Part shown: positions 18,979 to 27,876 of the stretch, piece by piece
Layout: every line of letters starts with the position of its first letter
How positions within the stretch are numbered: the stretch's first letter is position 1
Assembly (NCBI GenBank): GCA_050246315.1
Contig: JBFWWG010000018.1
Location: 1 to 57,743, forward strand
Direction: 5' to 3'
Length of the DNA: 57,743 nucleotides
Source of the DNA: Nitrospiraceae bacterium
GTDB taxonomy: Bacteria; Nitrospirota; Nitrospiria; Nitrospirales; Nitrospiraceae
The notes under the pieces: generated by a model
The model's database searches: none
The model's input: only the letters and a program-made list of their open reading frames with translations
What the model was told of the DNA's origin: nothing
Program-made: the position numbers and the translations under genes

Positions 18979-19848
18979 GTGATGGGCGGACGGGCCGTGC
19001 AAACGCCCAATCGGACGACGGCTGGTGGGCTTCTCGTCCTCATCACGTTCGCCTGTTGGCTTGTGGCGCTCGAACAGACGTTCGGCGCTACGCCCACCGT
19101 CAGCGTGGAACCTTGCTCGCTCCTGACATTGGAAGAAATCGGGGCGGTTATTCATGGGACGGCCACGCAGGATCGTCCGCACGTCGTCGCCATCAACAAA
19201 GTGCCGGTTGGCGGAAACTGCGTGTACCGCTCCGCCCAGAACCGCCTCCTCGTCATCAATCTGATGGTGGATGCGTATCCCGGTGATAAGCAGAAGGCCT
19301 TCGAGAATGCACGACGGCGGCCTCATGTGACGGACCTGCCGGGTTTGGGGGATCGGGCTTTTACCGTCACAAACCCGCACGGTCCATCGAGCGTGACCTT
19401 CCTCCGGGGAATGATCCTCGTGACCATCAACGTGGAAGGTCTCAGCATCGATGCAGCCAAGCAGCTTGCCGCACTGGTCGCCGGCCGGCTTCCGGCATCG
19501 ACCGCACCTCCACCTGCCTCATCACGCTCTGCCCAACCGAGCCCTCCCGTCACTCAGGGAAGCGGAAAGCTGGATACAGCCCTCGTCGGCTCGTGGTTTC
19601 TCAGGCATCCGAGCGGCCGATCCATCGCGAATCTCGACATCACTCGCCACGGCACATTTTCCATGACGGTGCTTGCCGGAGGGAAGATGACACAGGGCCA
19701 TGTCGATGGCGAGAACGGCGTGCTCCATCTCTATCCAGATCGCGGAGGCCATTCTCAGGAGATCAAGTACAAGATCGTGGACAAGAATCAGATGGAATGG
19801 ACCGACCAGAAGGGCAACGTCACCATCGCACGCCGGCAGTTCCGCTGA
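18979..19848 (+). CDS. Hypothetical exported two-domain protein (DUF3558-like N domain, beta-rich C domain)
   Basis: Signal/TM; PCSLLTLEEI...CVY...LPGLGDRAF; Pro/Ser linker; LVGSW-starting C-terminal domain. Confidence 0.6.
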   Translation: MMGGRAVQTPNRTTAGGLLVLITFACWLVALEQTFGATPTVSVEPCSLLTLEEIGAVIHGTATQDRPHVVAINKVPVGGNCVYRSAQNRLLVINLMVDAYPGDKQKAFENARRRPHVTDLPGLGDRAFTVTNPHGPSSVTFLRGMILVTINVEGLSIDAAKQLAALVAGRLPASTAPPPASSRSAQPSPPVTQGSGKLDTALVGSWFLRHPSGRSIANLDITRHGTFSMTVLAGGKMTQGHVDGENGVLHLYPDRGGHSQEIKYKIVDKNQMEWTDQKGNVTIARRQFR

Positions 19849-19868
19849 CCGTCGCAGTGGCTCCGACT

Positions 19869-20258
19869 TCAGAATGACCGAAGAGTCCGGCCGCTTTGAC
19901 GAGACAGTTGTCGCCACAGCCAACCGTACACAACCAGATTCACGATCACCACGGCCAGCCCGAGGGCAAGCTGGATATTGCGCGTGAGGGGCGACGGATA
20001 GAGCACCGGCATCAGATAGTGCTCGAGAAAATCCCCCTGGTAGCCCTCCTCGCCGGCCTTCGTGCGGAGCCAAACCTCAAGCGGCGTCAGCGGACAGATC
20101 CATCCACCAAATTCCATGATTGCTCCCCATATCGCAGCGGGTAGATGCAGCCAGATGATGCGCGGCCGGCGCAGGACCAAGAGGCCCCCAAAGACAACAA
20201 AGAGCACGAAGGCGAGATGGAGAAATACAACGAAGTCGGCAAGGAGGCCATAGAGCAT
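19869..20258 (-). CDS. DUF2784 family membrane protein
   Basis: LHLAFVLFV...WLHLPA...GWICPLTPLE...FLEHYL. Confidence 0.85.
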   Translation of the reverse strand: MLYGLLADFVVFLHLAFVLFVVFGGLLVLRRPRIIWLHLPAAIWGAIMEFGGWICPLTPLEVWLRTKAGEEGYQGDFLEHYLMPVLYPSPLTRNIQLALGLAVVIVNLVVYGWLWRQLSRQSGRTLRSF

Positions 20259-20262
20259 TGGG

Positions 20263-20967
20263 CTATCTGTTTGGAGGGCGATAACGTTGCGACAGTTCAG
20301 TGGCGAAAGGAAGGAGGAAGGCCTGGAGTTGCTCGACTGAAACCAGTTTCAAAATTCTGGGCTGGAGTTCCCCCATGAGCTCCGAGTTTTGGATGGTGAG
20401 AAGATTGGCAGCAAATAACAGAACGCCTTCCTCAGAATCCAATAGTGCCTCTTTTTCGCGAGCACGACTGATCAAATATTCGAGAGTGAATTGCGACTCT
20501 TTCAAGATGAAGTACAGGTCGTAAAAGTCCTTCGGTTCCGGAGGCTGGCGACCGAGGATCGCACATATCTTATTTGTTGCAATGTCTTCGAAGGAATCAA
20601 CAATCACTCCTTCGTGCACCGTCGGCTGTGCCATCTGTGCCGGTACGTCCCGGGCGAACTCGATCTTGAGTTTGTCTCGGTGACTGTCAGTACTGACGAA
20701 CAAGACCAGGTGCTCGGCGGACTTGGGATTCTTTGATGTGATGGTTAATCCGAGGGAAGGAGTGAGGTCCAGAATGTGCTGGAAGTCTTGGTCAAGTGGA
20801 CCCTGCTTCCGAGTGAAAAAGTCGAGATCATCTGAATATCGATGGCGCAGGTAAAACTCAGCAAGTGCGGTCCCACCCGTCAAATAGAACCCACGTTCGC
20901 CGAGACCTTTGCGAAAGAACGAGGTCAGAGCCAGACGCTGTAGCGGTGTGAGAATGCTATCCGGCAT
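20263..20967 (-). CDS. AbiEii/AbiGii-family nucleotidyltransferase toxin
   Basis: LTGGTALAEFYLRHRYSDDLDFF and NKICAILGR...KDFYDLY motifs; start overlaps the upstream stop by 11 nt. Confidence 0.9.
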   Translation of the reverse strand: MPDSILTPLQRLALTSFFRKGLGERGFYLTGGTALAEFYLRHRYSDDLDFFTRKQGPLDQDFQHILDLTPSLGLTITSKNPKSAEHLVLFVSTDSHRDKLKIEFARDVPAQMAQPTVHEGVIVDSFEDIATNKICAILGRQPPEPKDFYDLYFILKESQFTLEYLISRAREKEALLDSEEGVLLFAANLLTIQNSELMGELQPRILKLVSVEQLQAFLLPFATELSQRYRPPNR

Positions 20968-23900
20968 GCTTCCAGGTCGGTAAGAGGCGTTCGATCATGG
21001 TTCGTCTGCGGTCTGGTAGGTCTATATGGGGCAAGGCTTCCTCGATATCCTCCACGGACAGCAGTTTTCTTACATCGGACCATTCAGCATATTTTAGAAT
21101 TCTGCCGACGGCCCATCTCTTCTGCTCCAAATTCTCCCCTCGGATGTAACGCTTGAGATCGTTCACTTCACGATCATACTCCCATACCAGGTGGGTGGCG
21201 ACATGCAAGCCGAGTGCATCAGCCACATCACGGAGCCATGCCCGGGCCTCGGGGAGCGTGGAAGGAGATTCCATATGCTTTTGGATTTCTTGCTTTCGCC
21301 CCTCATAGAACTTAGAGGCCGGGCCTCTGATCATTGCGCCCATGTCCATTGCAGAAGCGGTCAGTGCTGCCTGCAAAGCAGGGTCATGAGGGAATTTCTT
21401 GATGAACCGGAACGCTAGATTCCAGAAGTTCGGCTTGCTTCCGACGAGCCATTTCGCGGCAATGCGGGCATGCTCGCGCTCGGTGCCAATTGCTTCGATT
21501 AAATCCTCAGCGTCTTGTTCCTGATCAATCAAGTCCGTCAGTCTCCAAGAAAGAACTTCTTGGGTCGTGTCGTTCGTGCGGGAAGCTCCGAGTAACGTCC
21601 GGAACAAACGCGCTCGGTCTTTCTGCCGCAGTGCCTCCCACCATTGGGTTCCTCCATCCATATCTAGAGGAAACCGCTCCAATGAGTGTGGTGCCCCGAC
21701 CATGAGCATGTGTTGGAACTTCCTGAATCCTAGGTCTGGGTTCAGCTCGGTCAATTTGGCAGCCAGTTCGTCATAATGCCAGACCGAAGAGCGAGTAGGA
21801 CTCTTGGAAGGGCCATGCTCGAGACATCGCCACGCAAACCGGCTCAATTCGTCATCGAAGGGTTTCTGGTGATAGATCCAGCTCCCTAATAAATCGACGG
21901 CGGCAGATGTTCGCTGTAAATCATCTCCCGCGATGATCTGAAGCAGTTCCTTAAACACTCCCAAGTCCAGGCGATCGATCCATCGGCCAAGTCTTGCGGC
22001 AGCATATTCGGGGTCTTCTGGGGCGACTTGCTTAATTCGATTGAGCCCACGCGGTGTCGGGTCTAGCCAACTTGTCGTTTCCAGAAGGGAAGTGGCAGAA
22101 ACGGCGTGCAACTCGGCGAGCTGATCGAGTCGGCTTTCAGCCCCTTCAAGATCACTTTTAGCCCAGCCGGCAAAATAAGGAGAAAAAGCCCTGCTTCCAA
22201 TGGCATTCTTGCCGAGAATCTCGATCGTTTCTCGGAAATGCAGGCCTTGATCCTCTTGGCCGAGGGCGTAGAAAAAGCTTCGAGCTTCTTTTGCAGAAGC
22301 AGTTAACAACCACTGTATAAGGTCGGATGTAAGATTTGAGGGAGATCGCACGACTTCCTTTGCAAGAAGAGTTAACTGCTCCTCTACCTCTTTCCAGTCT
22401 TCCGACACGCCATAGCGTCCTCCGCCGGCCCAGAGTTTGAGCCTGATCGAAAACCCAGATCGATTCAGTGAGGCTTGCCATCCGGTCAGCTTTGAAATGA
22501 ACTCGGTGTGCTCTGCTTTCCGGCCATCGGGCAAATCCAGCTTGGCTATCTGATCAGTACAGAAGTCTCGAACTCGGCGCATGACGCCGGACAGATGTGA
22601 CACATCCAGCCCTTTACGCTCAACCAGAGCCCAATCAGTTAGTAATTGGAAGTAGTGCTCGCTTTCCTCGATCAGCCCGTGAAAAGCCAGCTCGGCGATT
22701 GATTGCGGCAGTACATCCAGCGCAGCCTGAGAACCTTCGCCGTGATCCTCACCGAGTGATACAAGGATCTTCGCAAGATTTCGGAGATAATCGAAAACAT
22801 CACCCCAAGTTAGAGGAGGGCGAGTATCCAATGGTGAAGGTCCGACACTGCGCCGGAGACGAATGGAAGAGTGACCCTTGAGACCGCCTTGGATGGCTTT
22901 GATTGCGAGGAGTCTTGTCTTAGTTGTAGGGCTCGATGAAAGCCGCTCTTTGATTAGAGCGATCCTCTCGTCAAGAGGTAACGGCATTTGAGAATGGAGC
23001 GGGTGAAGGCTTTCTTGCAGCACGCCCGTCGCATTGTTTCCCCATGTCTCATTTTCTGCTTCCGCCAGGAGCCAGATAAGCCGAAGGGCATTCTTGCTGG
23101 TCTTGGATCGGAAAAGGAGCTGTTCGAGAGCCCACATCAATTCTCTACGAGAATCTTCAGTAATAGCCAGGCGAGTCTCTAGAGTGCTGGCGAGTAAGTG
23201 GCGTTCGAGGATCTGCAACATGCGGGGAGGGGTGGTCCCTGCCACAAGTTTGAGCAGGTAAGGTCGTTGAAGAATTGTCTCAAGGGTGCCAAGCGGTCCA
23301 TCAGGAGAAAACAATTCGTCTCGAAATTGTTCGGCCTCAGGGCCTTTGACTTGCCCAAGCCGCTTGATGAATCTGATTTGCCCTGCCTCGTCTAGGTTTG
23401 CAAACAGGGCGAACATCTCCTTTCCGCGTCCTTGGATGAGTTGTTGAGCCAAGTGGTTCGCAAGAAGTGGGAGGGATATCTCGACAAAATAGCCAGCCCG
23501 CTTTACCACGCCGGACCTTTCTAATTCCGGTAGGTTGGCAAGCGTTTCATGAAACGATTGATCGTCGCCGAATATCTGGCAAATTGTTTGGATTTCGGCT
23601 TCGTGCGGAGCGGCTATTCCAACATGCGTGAACACAGATAGCAGGCGAGCCGAACGCAATGCCGCCTCGCCAAGTTCCCGAGCGATACGACGTTCAAACT
23701 CTTTTCCCACTGCGGTGCTAAAGGTCGTATGATCCAGGCGAAGAGTGCCTGCGATGCTGGCCGCCGCCAGGATGATGCCGGGAACTCCTCCGGCCTGGCT
23801 GAGAATCCAATCCTCAATCCCGTAATCAAGAAGCTGTCCTGTCGCCTGGAGTAGCTTCCTTGCGCTTTCACCGCTCAGGGAGGAAAGATGAAGCGACGCG

Positions 23901-24880
23901 ACTCGATTATCGAACCCATAGGTCAAATCCGGCGCTTCCTCGACCATCGGGAGTGTGATGAGAAGTTTTAAGCCAGGAACCGACAGTGCCTCGCCGATGA
24001 GGGGTTGTAGCGTATCGAATTCGGGGTCTTCGATAAGGCAGATCGTCTGTAAGCGATCCGTGCAGAGGTTGCGATAGTCCGCCAAGTCTATTGAGCGAGG
24101 GGCTAGCGCAACGGCCACGTCATACGGTTTGTGTTTCGTCGCTTCCAGGGCGAGGCGGGTTTTTCCCATATCATGGGGGCCGCTCACTATGACCGCGCGA
24201 ATCGCAGGGTTATCGATAAGGGCGCGCAGCCGATTGAGTTCGGATTCTCGACCAACAAGCTCCGCTTGAGACCCAAAACGTTTCTTGTCGCGGTGAGCCT
24301 GGTAGGTACCTTCCCAAGTCTCGAAAGCCAACGGGGAAAAGAAACCTGCCCGTAGGTGAGGATGGTCGTTCAAAAGGGCGGCAAGCTCTGCGGCTCCGAT
24401 AATGTGAATTTGGCTCTTGTCTTCTTCCTCCCCTGCCAGGATGCTCTTCTTAAGAGAGGCCTTTTCGTGAGGAGTGAGATGAATATTGACGAAGAGAGTG
24501 TATTGATCCGGCTTCCTGCCGAAGTTCTTTTCGACCTCCTTTAGGGCTCCGGAAAGAGATTTTCGAAGCTCAGCAACAAGCGATTGGCGTTTGCGAGCCA
24601 GTACGTCCCGTTGTTTATACTGGAAGACGTTCCACCCAGGAGCCAGAATAGGCGTCGGAACCTGTGTGTTGCCTTCCTGGATTTCCACATCCCATTCTGC
24701 ATCCACTCCACCGTCCTTCACGTTAACGCGGCTTGTGAACGCGGGAAATGTCTGGAACGCTCGCCCGGATGCGGCCCAACCCACAGTATTACACAGTGTG
24801 GCGAACCGTTTCGGTGGCCAGCTACTGGTCACCTTTTCTAGTTCGTCAGCGTCAATGTGTTGTCCGATTAACAAGGCCAT
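20957..24880 (-). CDS. Large STAND-like NTPase: N-terminal PD-(D/E)xK/Mrr-like nuclease, P-loop, helical repeats, C-terminal antitoxin-like domain
   Basis: DGGVDA...FQYK; Walker A VIVSGPHDMGKTRLALEA; Walker B-like ICLIEDPE; long helical region; tail LVWEYD...WAVGRILKYAEW. Confidence 0.75.
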   Translation of the reverse strand: MALLIGQHIDADELEKVTSSWPPKRFATLCNTVGWAASGRAFQTFPAFTSRVNVKDGGVDAEWDVEIQEGNTQVPTPILAPGWNVFQYKQRDVLARKRQSLVAELRKSLSGALKEVEKNFGRKPDQYTLFVNIHLTPHEKASLKKSILAGEEEDKSQIHIIGAAELAALLNDHPHLRAGFFSPLAFETWEGTYQAHRDKKRFGSQAELVGRESELNRLRALIDNPAIRAVIVSGPHDMGKTRLALEATKHKPYDVAVALAPRSIDLADYRNLCTDRLQTICLIEDPEFDTLQPLIGEALSVPGLKLLITLPMVEEAPDLTYGFDNRVASLHLSSLSGESARKLLQATGQLLDYGIEDWILSQAGGVPGIILAAASIAGTLRLDHTTFSTAVGKEFERRIARELGEAALRSARLLSVFTHVGIAAPHEAEIQTICQIFGDDQSFHETLANLPELERSGVVKRAGYFVEISLPLLANHLAQQLIQGRGKEMFALFANLDEAGQIRFIKRLGQVKGPEAEQFRDELFSPDGPLGTLETILQRPYLLKLVAGTTPPRMLQILERHLLASTLETRLAITEDSRRELMWALEQLLFRSKTSKNALRLIWLLAEAENETWGNNATGVLQESLHPLHSQMPLPLDERIALIKERLSSSPTTKTRLLAIKAIQGGLKGHSSIRLRRSVGPSPLDTRPPLTWGDVFDYLRNLAKILVSLGEDHGEGSQAALDVLPQSIAELAFHGLIEESEHYFQLLTDWALVERKGLDVSHLSGVMRRVRDFCTDQIAKLDLPDGRKAEHTEFISKLTGWQASLNRSGFSIRLKLWAGGGRYGVSEDWKEVEEQLTLLAKEVVRSPSNLTSDLIQWLLTASAKEARSFFYALGQEDQGLHFRETIEILGKNAIGSRAFSPYFAGWAKSDLEGAESRLDQLAELHAVSATSLLETTSWLDPTPRGLNRIKQVAPEDPEYAAARLGRWIDRLDLGVFKELLQIIAGDDLQRTSAAVDLLGSWIYHQKPFDDELSRFAWRCLEHGPSKSPTRSSVWHYDELAAKLTELNPDLGFRKFQHMLMVGAPHSLERFPLDMDGGTQWWEALRQKDRARLFRTLLGASRTNDTTQEVLSWRLTDLIDQEQDAEDLIEAIGTEREHARIAAKWLVGSKPNFWNLAFRFIKKFPHDPALQAALTASAMDMGAMIRGPASKFYEGRKQEIQKHMESPSTLPEARAWLRDVADALGLHVATHLVWEYDREVNDLKRYIRGENLEQKRWAVGRILKYAEWSDVRKLLSVEDIEEALPHIDLPDRRRTMIERLLPTWKHAG

Positions 24881-25042
24881 GGGTAGCCAGTGACAGCGGT
24901 TCCGTCTCGCTGTACGAGGATTATAGCGCTTTCCCGCTGGTTTGTACCTATCGTCATGAGCCCGCCATCATTGCCCAGGGAAGGACAGGCTGTTCACTGT
25001 CTTTTTGTCTCAGCCTGATGGAACACACGGCTTCTCTGGTGG

Positions 25043-25594
25043 TCAGAACAGCCGCGGCGCGTCGTCATCTGCGGGAGCTGGATAGGACAGGCGCGATCCT
25101 TCGATTTTGGCAAACGAAGTGAGCCGGTGCTCGTCCGCCCGGTCCGGTGTCATGATGTGTCGAACCCCACAACCTCGTGTCAGCAGCGCATCCGCAATCA
25201 GCGACCGGTGGCAGCGCCAGGGTACCGCCTCGGCGCACATGATGGCCGTGGGTTGTTCCCTGCCGGTCGCCATCAATTCATCAAGCGCGTTCCAGAACGC
25301 CGCGGTCTGCATATAGTCGGCATAGCCACGGAAGCTCGCGTTCTTCCATCCGAGGTTGAAGGAATCTCTTGTCGGCTTGCGCAGGCCGCCGAGTTCGCCG
25401 GCATGCACGTATCCAAGCCCCGCTAACTTCAAACTCCGGCGAAGCGCTTCCGTGTTGAACTGCGGATTATGGCGGGAGCGAGGGATCGTCCGCACGTCCA
25501 TCAGGTGGCGGATGCCGTGGGCTTGCAGCAGGGCCAGGAAGTCCTGGATCGGCCTGGTCGAGTGGCCGATCGTCCAGATGATGCGAGAGGGCAT
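25043..25594 (-). CDS. DUF488 family protein
   Basis: WTIGHSTR, DVRTIPRSRHNPQFN, MCAEAVPWRCHRSLIAD. Confidence 0.9.
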   Translation of the reverse strand: MPSRIIWTIGHSTRPIQDFLALLQAHGIRHLMDVRTIPRSRHNPQFNTEALRRSLKLAGLGYVHAGELGGLRKPTRDSFNLGWKNASFRGYADYMQTAAFWNALDELMATGREQPTAIMCAEAVPWRCHRSLIADALLTRGCGVRHIMTPDRADEHRLTSFAKIEGSRLSYPAPADDDAPRLF

Positions 25595-25912
25595 CACGGC
25601 TATTCTGCCAGACCTTGAAGTCGACGGCCAGTTGTCACCGGTGGGTTCTCTCTGCCCAGGAGCCTGTCCGACATTGCCGTTCGTGACGAGGTGAAGCAGG
25701 CGCTGGCAGATGCCAGGCCACAGGCTGCGAAAAACCGGAGGCGTATTCGCTGGAATACGTTGAGGATTTTTTGAGGCCGAGAACGAAGCAGATGCCGGTG
25801 CATCCTTCGCCGCAGTAGAAAGGTCAATGTCGGACAGGCTCCTAGGGTGATAGGATAGCGCGGGCCGACGGTTCGGATTCGAGCGGAGGTCATCTGACGA
25901 TCGAGGTGGGGC

Positions 25913-26767
25913 ATGAATCGATTGAAGACCGTCATGCTGTTGGCGACGCTCACGGCGTTGATGTTGTGGATCGGCTTTTCGCTCGGTGGTCAACAAGGAC
26001 TCATGATCGCTTTGGTCCTGGCGGGGTTGATGAACGTGGTTTCCTACTGGTGGTCGGACAAGATCGCCTTGCGGATGCACCGAGCACAGCCGCTTTCAGA
26101 GGAAGAGGCTCCCGAACTGCACGACATCCTGCGAACCCTCGCGCAGCGCGCGAACATTCCCACGCCCGCACTGTATCTGATTCCCGAGCAGGCCCCCAAT
26201 GCCTTCGCGACCGGCCGCAACCCCAGCCATGCCGCCGTGGCGGTGACGGCCGGATTGACGCAACTACTGTCCCGCGACGAGATCGCGGGCGTGATGGCCC
26301 ATGAACTCGGACACGTCAAAAATCGAGACACGTTGATCATGACGGTCGCCGCCACGCTGGCTGGAGCTCTCACCATGTTGGCGCGATTCGGGATGCTGAC
26401 GGGAGGGTCCCATCAACAGGACGGTCGCAGGCGAGTGGGCAATCCGCTGATTACCATGCTCGCCGTCATGCTGGCGCCGGTAGGCGCGGCGTTGATTCAG
26501 ATGGCCATCTCGCGATCCCGGGAATTCCTCGCGGACGACGCGGGCGCCGAGTTCTCCCAGAACCCGCTGGCTCTGGCGCAGGCGTTGCGCAAGATCTCCG
26601 GCGCGAGCCACCAAATTCCGATGCGGTCCGGCTCGCCGGCCACGGCTCATCTGTTCATCATGAATCCCTTGACCGGAGGGGGGTGGACTGCTTTGTTCAG
26701 CACCCATCCGCCGGTGGAAGTGAGAATCGCCAGGCTGGAAGCGATGGCGGGCCAGCGCAGTTCTTAA
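25913..26767 (+). CDS. htpX: Zinc metalloprotease HtpX
   Basis: PNAFATGRNP, HELGH, SREFLAD, FSTHPP. Confidence 0.93.
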   Translation: MNRLKTVMLLATLTALMLWIGFSLGGQQGLMIALVLAGLMNVVSYWWSDKIALRMHRAQPLSEEEAPELHDILRTLAQRANIPTPALYLIPEQAPNAFATGRNPSHAAVAVTAGLTQLLSRDEIAGVMAHELGHVKNRDTLIMTVAATLAGALTMLARFGMLTGGSHQQDGRRRVGNPLITMLAVMLAPVGAALIQMAISRSREFLADDAGAEFSQNPLALAQALRKISGASHQIPMRSGSPATAHLFIMNPLTGGGWTALFSTHPPVEVRIARLEAMAGQRSS

Positions 26768-26785
26768 CGTACGAATGAGGGGTGC

Positions 26786-27577
26786 ATGAGGCCTTTTGTG
26801 CGGATGATATCGGCTCTGGTGCTTGTTGCTGTATCCGGCGGATGTGCCGAGAAACCGACCATACAGCCACCACAGCCTGTCCGTTCTGGCTCCATGCCCA
26901 CGGTCTCGCCAAAGGTCCCGTCTGGATTCCAACTGCCGGCCTCGTTTGTGGGAACGCTTCCCTGCGCAGACTGTCCGGGAATCCGCTACCAACTCAACCT
27001 GTGGCCGGATGGTCTGTTCTTTCTCAGGATGACCTACCTGGAAAAGCCGGTTGCGGCAGGAGAAACTAACACGTTCGACGACATCGGCCTCTGGTCCTTC
27101 TCGGCGGACCGCCGCAAGCTCCACGTACGAGGCAGTCGCGAACCCAGGCAGAGCTTTGCCGTCGTCCGCCCGGATCTGCTCCGTCTGTTGGATCGCAAGG
27201 GGCGCCAAATCGAATCGGAGCTGAATTACGACCTCTCGCGCCAGAAGCAGGTCGAGCTGTTAGAGCCGAGGCTACTGCTGCGAGGGCTGTACTCGTACTA
27301 TGCGGATGCCGGACGGCTGAAGGAATGTTTCACAGGCCGCACGTTTCCGGTTGCGATGGAGGAGGCGAACGCGGTGCTCGAAGATGCCTACCTCAAGCTG
27401 CAACAGGAGCCGGCTCAATGGTTGCTGGCGAACCTGGAGGCTCGCCTCGTCCGGCGTCCTCAAATGGAAGGAGCCGGCGAGCAACCGGTCATCGTGGTGG
27501 AGCGGTTCATCGCAATCCGTCCCGGCGAGACCTGTGAAACCTCCGCGTCCACGAAAGAATTGGAGAACGCGAATTGA
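26786..27577 (+). CDS. NlpE-like lipoprotein (copper-resistance NlpE N domain plus second domain)
   Basis: Lipobox VSGGC; FVGTLPCADCPGI; GLYSYYADAG...EC. Confidence 0.8.
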   Translation: MRPFVRMISALVLVAVSGGCAEKPTIQPPQPVRSGSMPTVSPKVPSGFQLPASFVGTLPCADCPGIRYQLNLWPDGLFFLRMTYLEKPVAAGETNTFDDIGLWSFSADRRKLHVRGSREPRQSFAVVRPDLLRLLDRKGRQIESELNYDLSRQKQVELLEPRLLLRGLYSYYADAGRLKECFTGRTFPVAMEEANAVLEDAYLKLQQEPAQWLLANLEARLVRRPQMEGAGEQPVIVVERFIAIRPGETCETSASTKELENAN

Positions 27578-27650
27578 GCCAGGTGCTTTTGAACTCGATC
27601 CTTCCCGCGACCTCGTCCGTGGACCTCCTCATGCAAGTCGTCCGAGCCAG

Positions 27651-27709
27651 GAAATACAAGTATTTCTGCTCCTGCGCCGGTTGACAGGCTCACGCGGAAC
27701 CCGTAGCCT
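27651..27709 (+). promoter_or_regulatory. Putative sigma70 promoter with upstream palindrome for the DUF4062-nSTAND-FGE gene
   Basis: GAAATAC-AA-GTATTTC (27651-27666), then TTGACA-N17-TAGCCT (27681-27709). Confidence 0.45.
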
Positions 27710-27876
27710 TGTCGCCGATCTCTACGCAGTTATCCACCCCGCATCTGCGCCATGGCGACAAGTGATCCATCCACTCAGAGCCTGGGACGTGAAGGGCAAG
27801 CAGAGACGCGCGATGTGTGCTCCGACAAGGAACGATAGCCGTCGTTCTTCGATCGATCGTTGATGTGAGCGGAAAG

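Noticed and set aside
9924..19380. Long opposite-strand ORFs (9924-10811, 11657-12394, 14067-15281, 15643-16782, 18013-19380)
   Set aside because: Antisense shadows of well-supported genes in GC-rich DNA; no motifs.
25595..26080. N-terminal extension of the DUF488 ORF (similar extensions in ORFs 32557-33681, 15553-16989, 1247-1963)
   Set aside because: Most overlap neighbouring genes, and family homology begins at internal starts, which were used instead.
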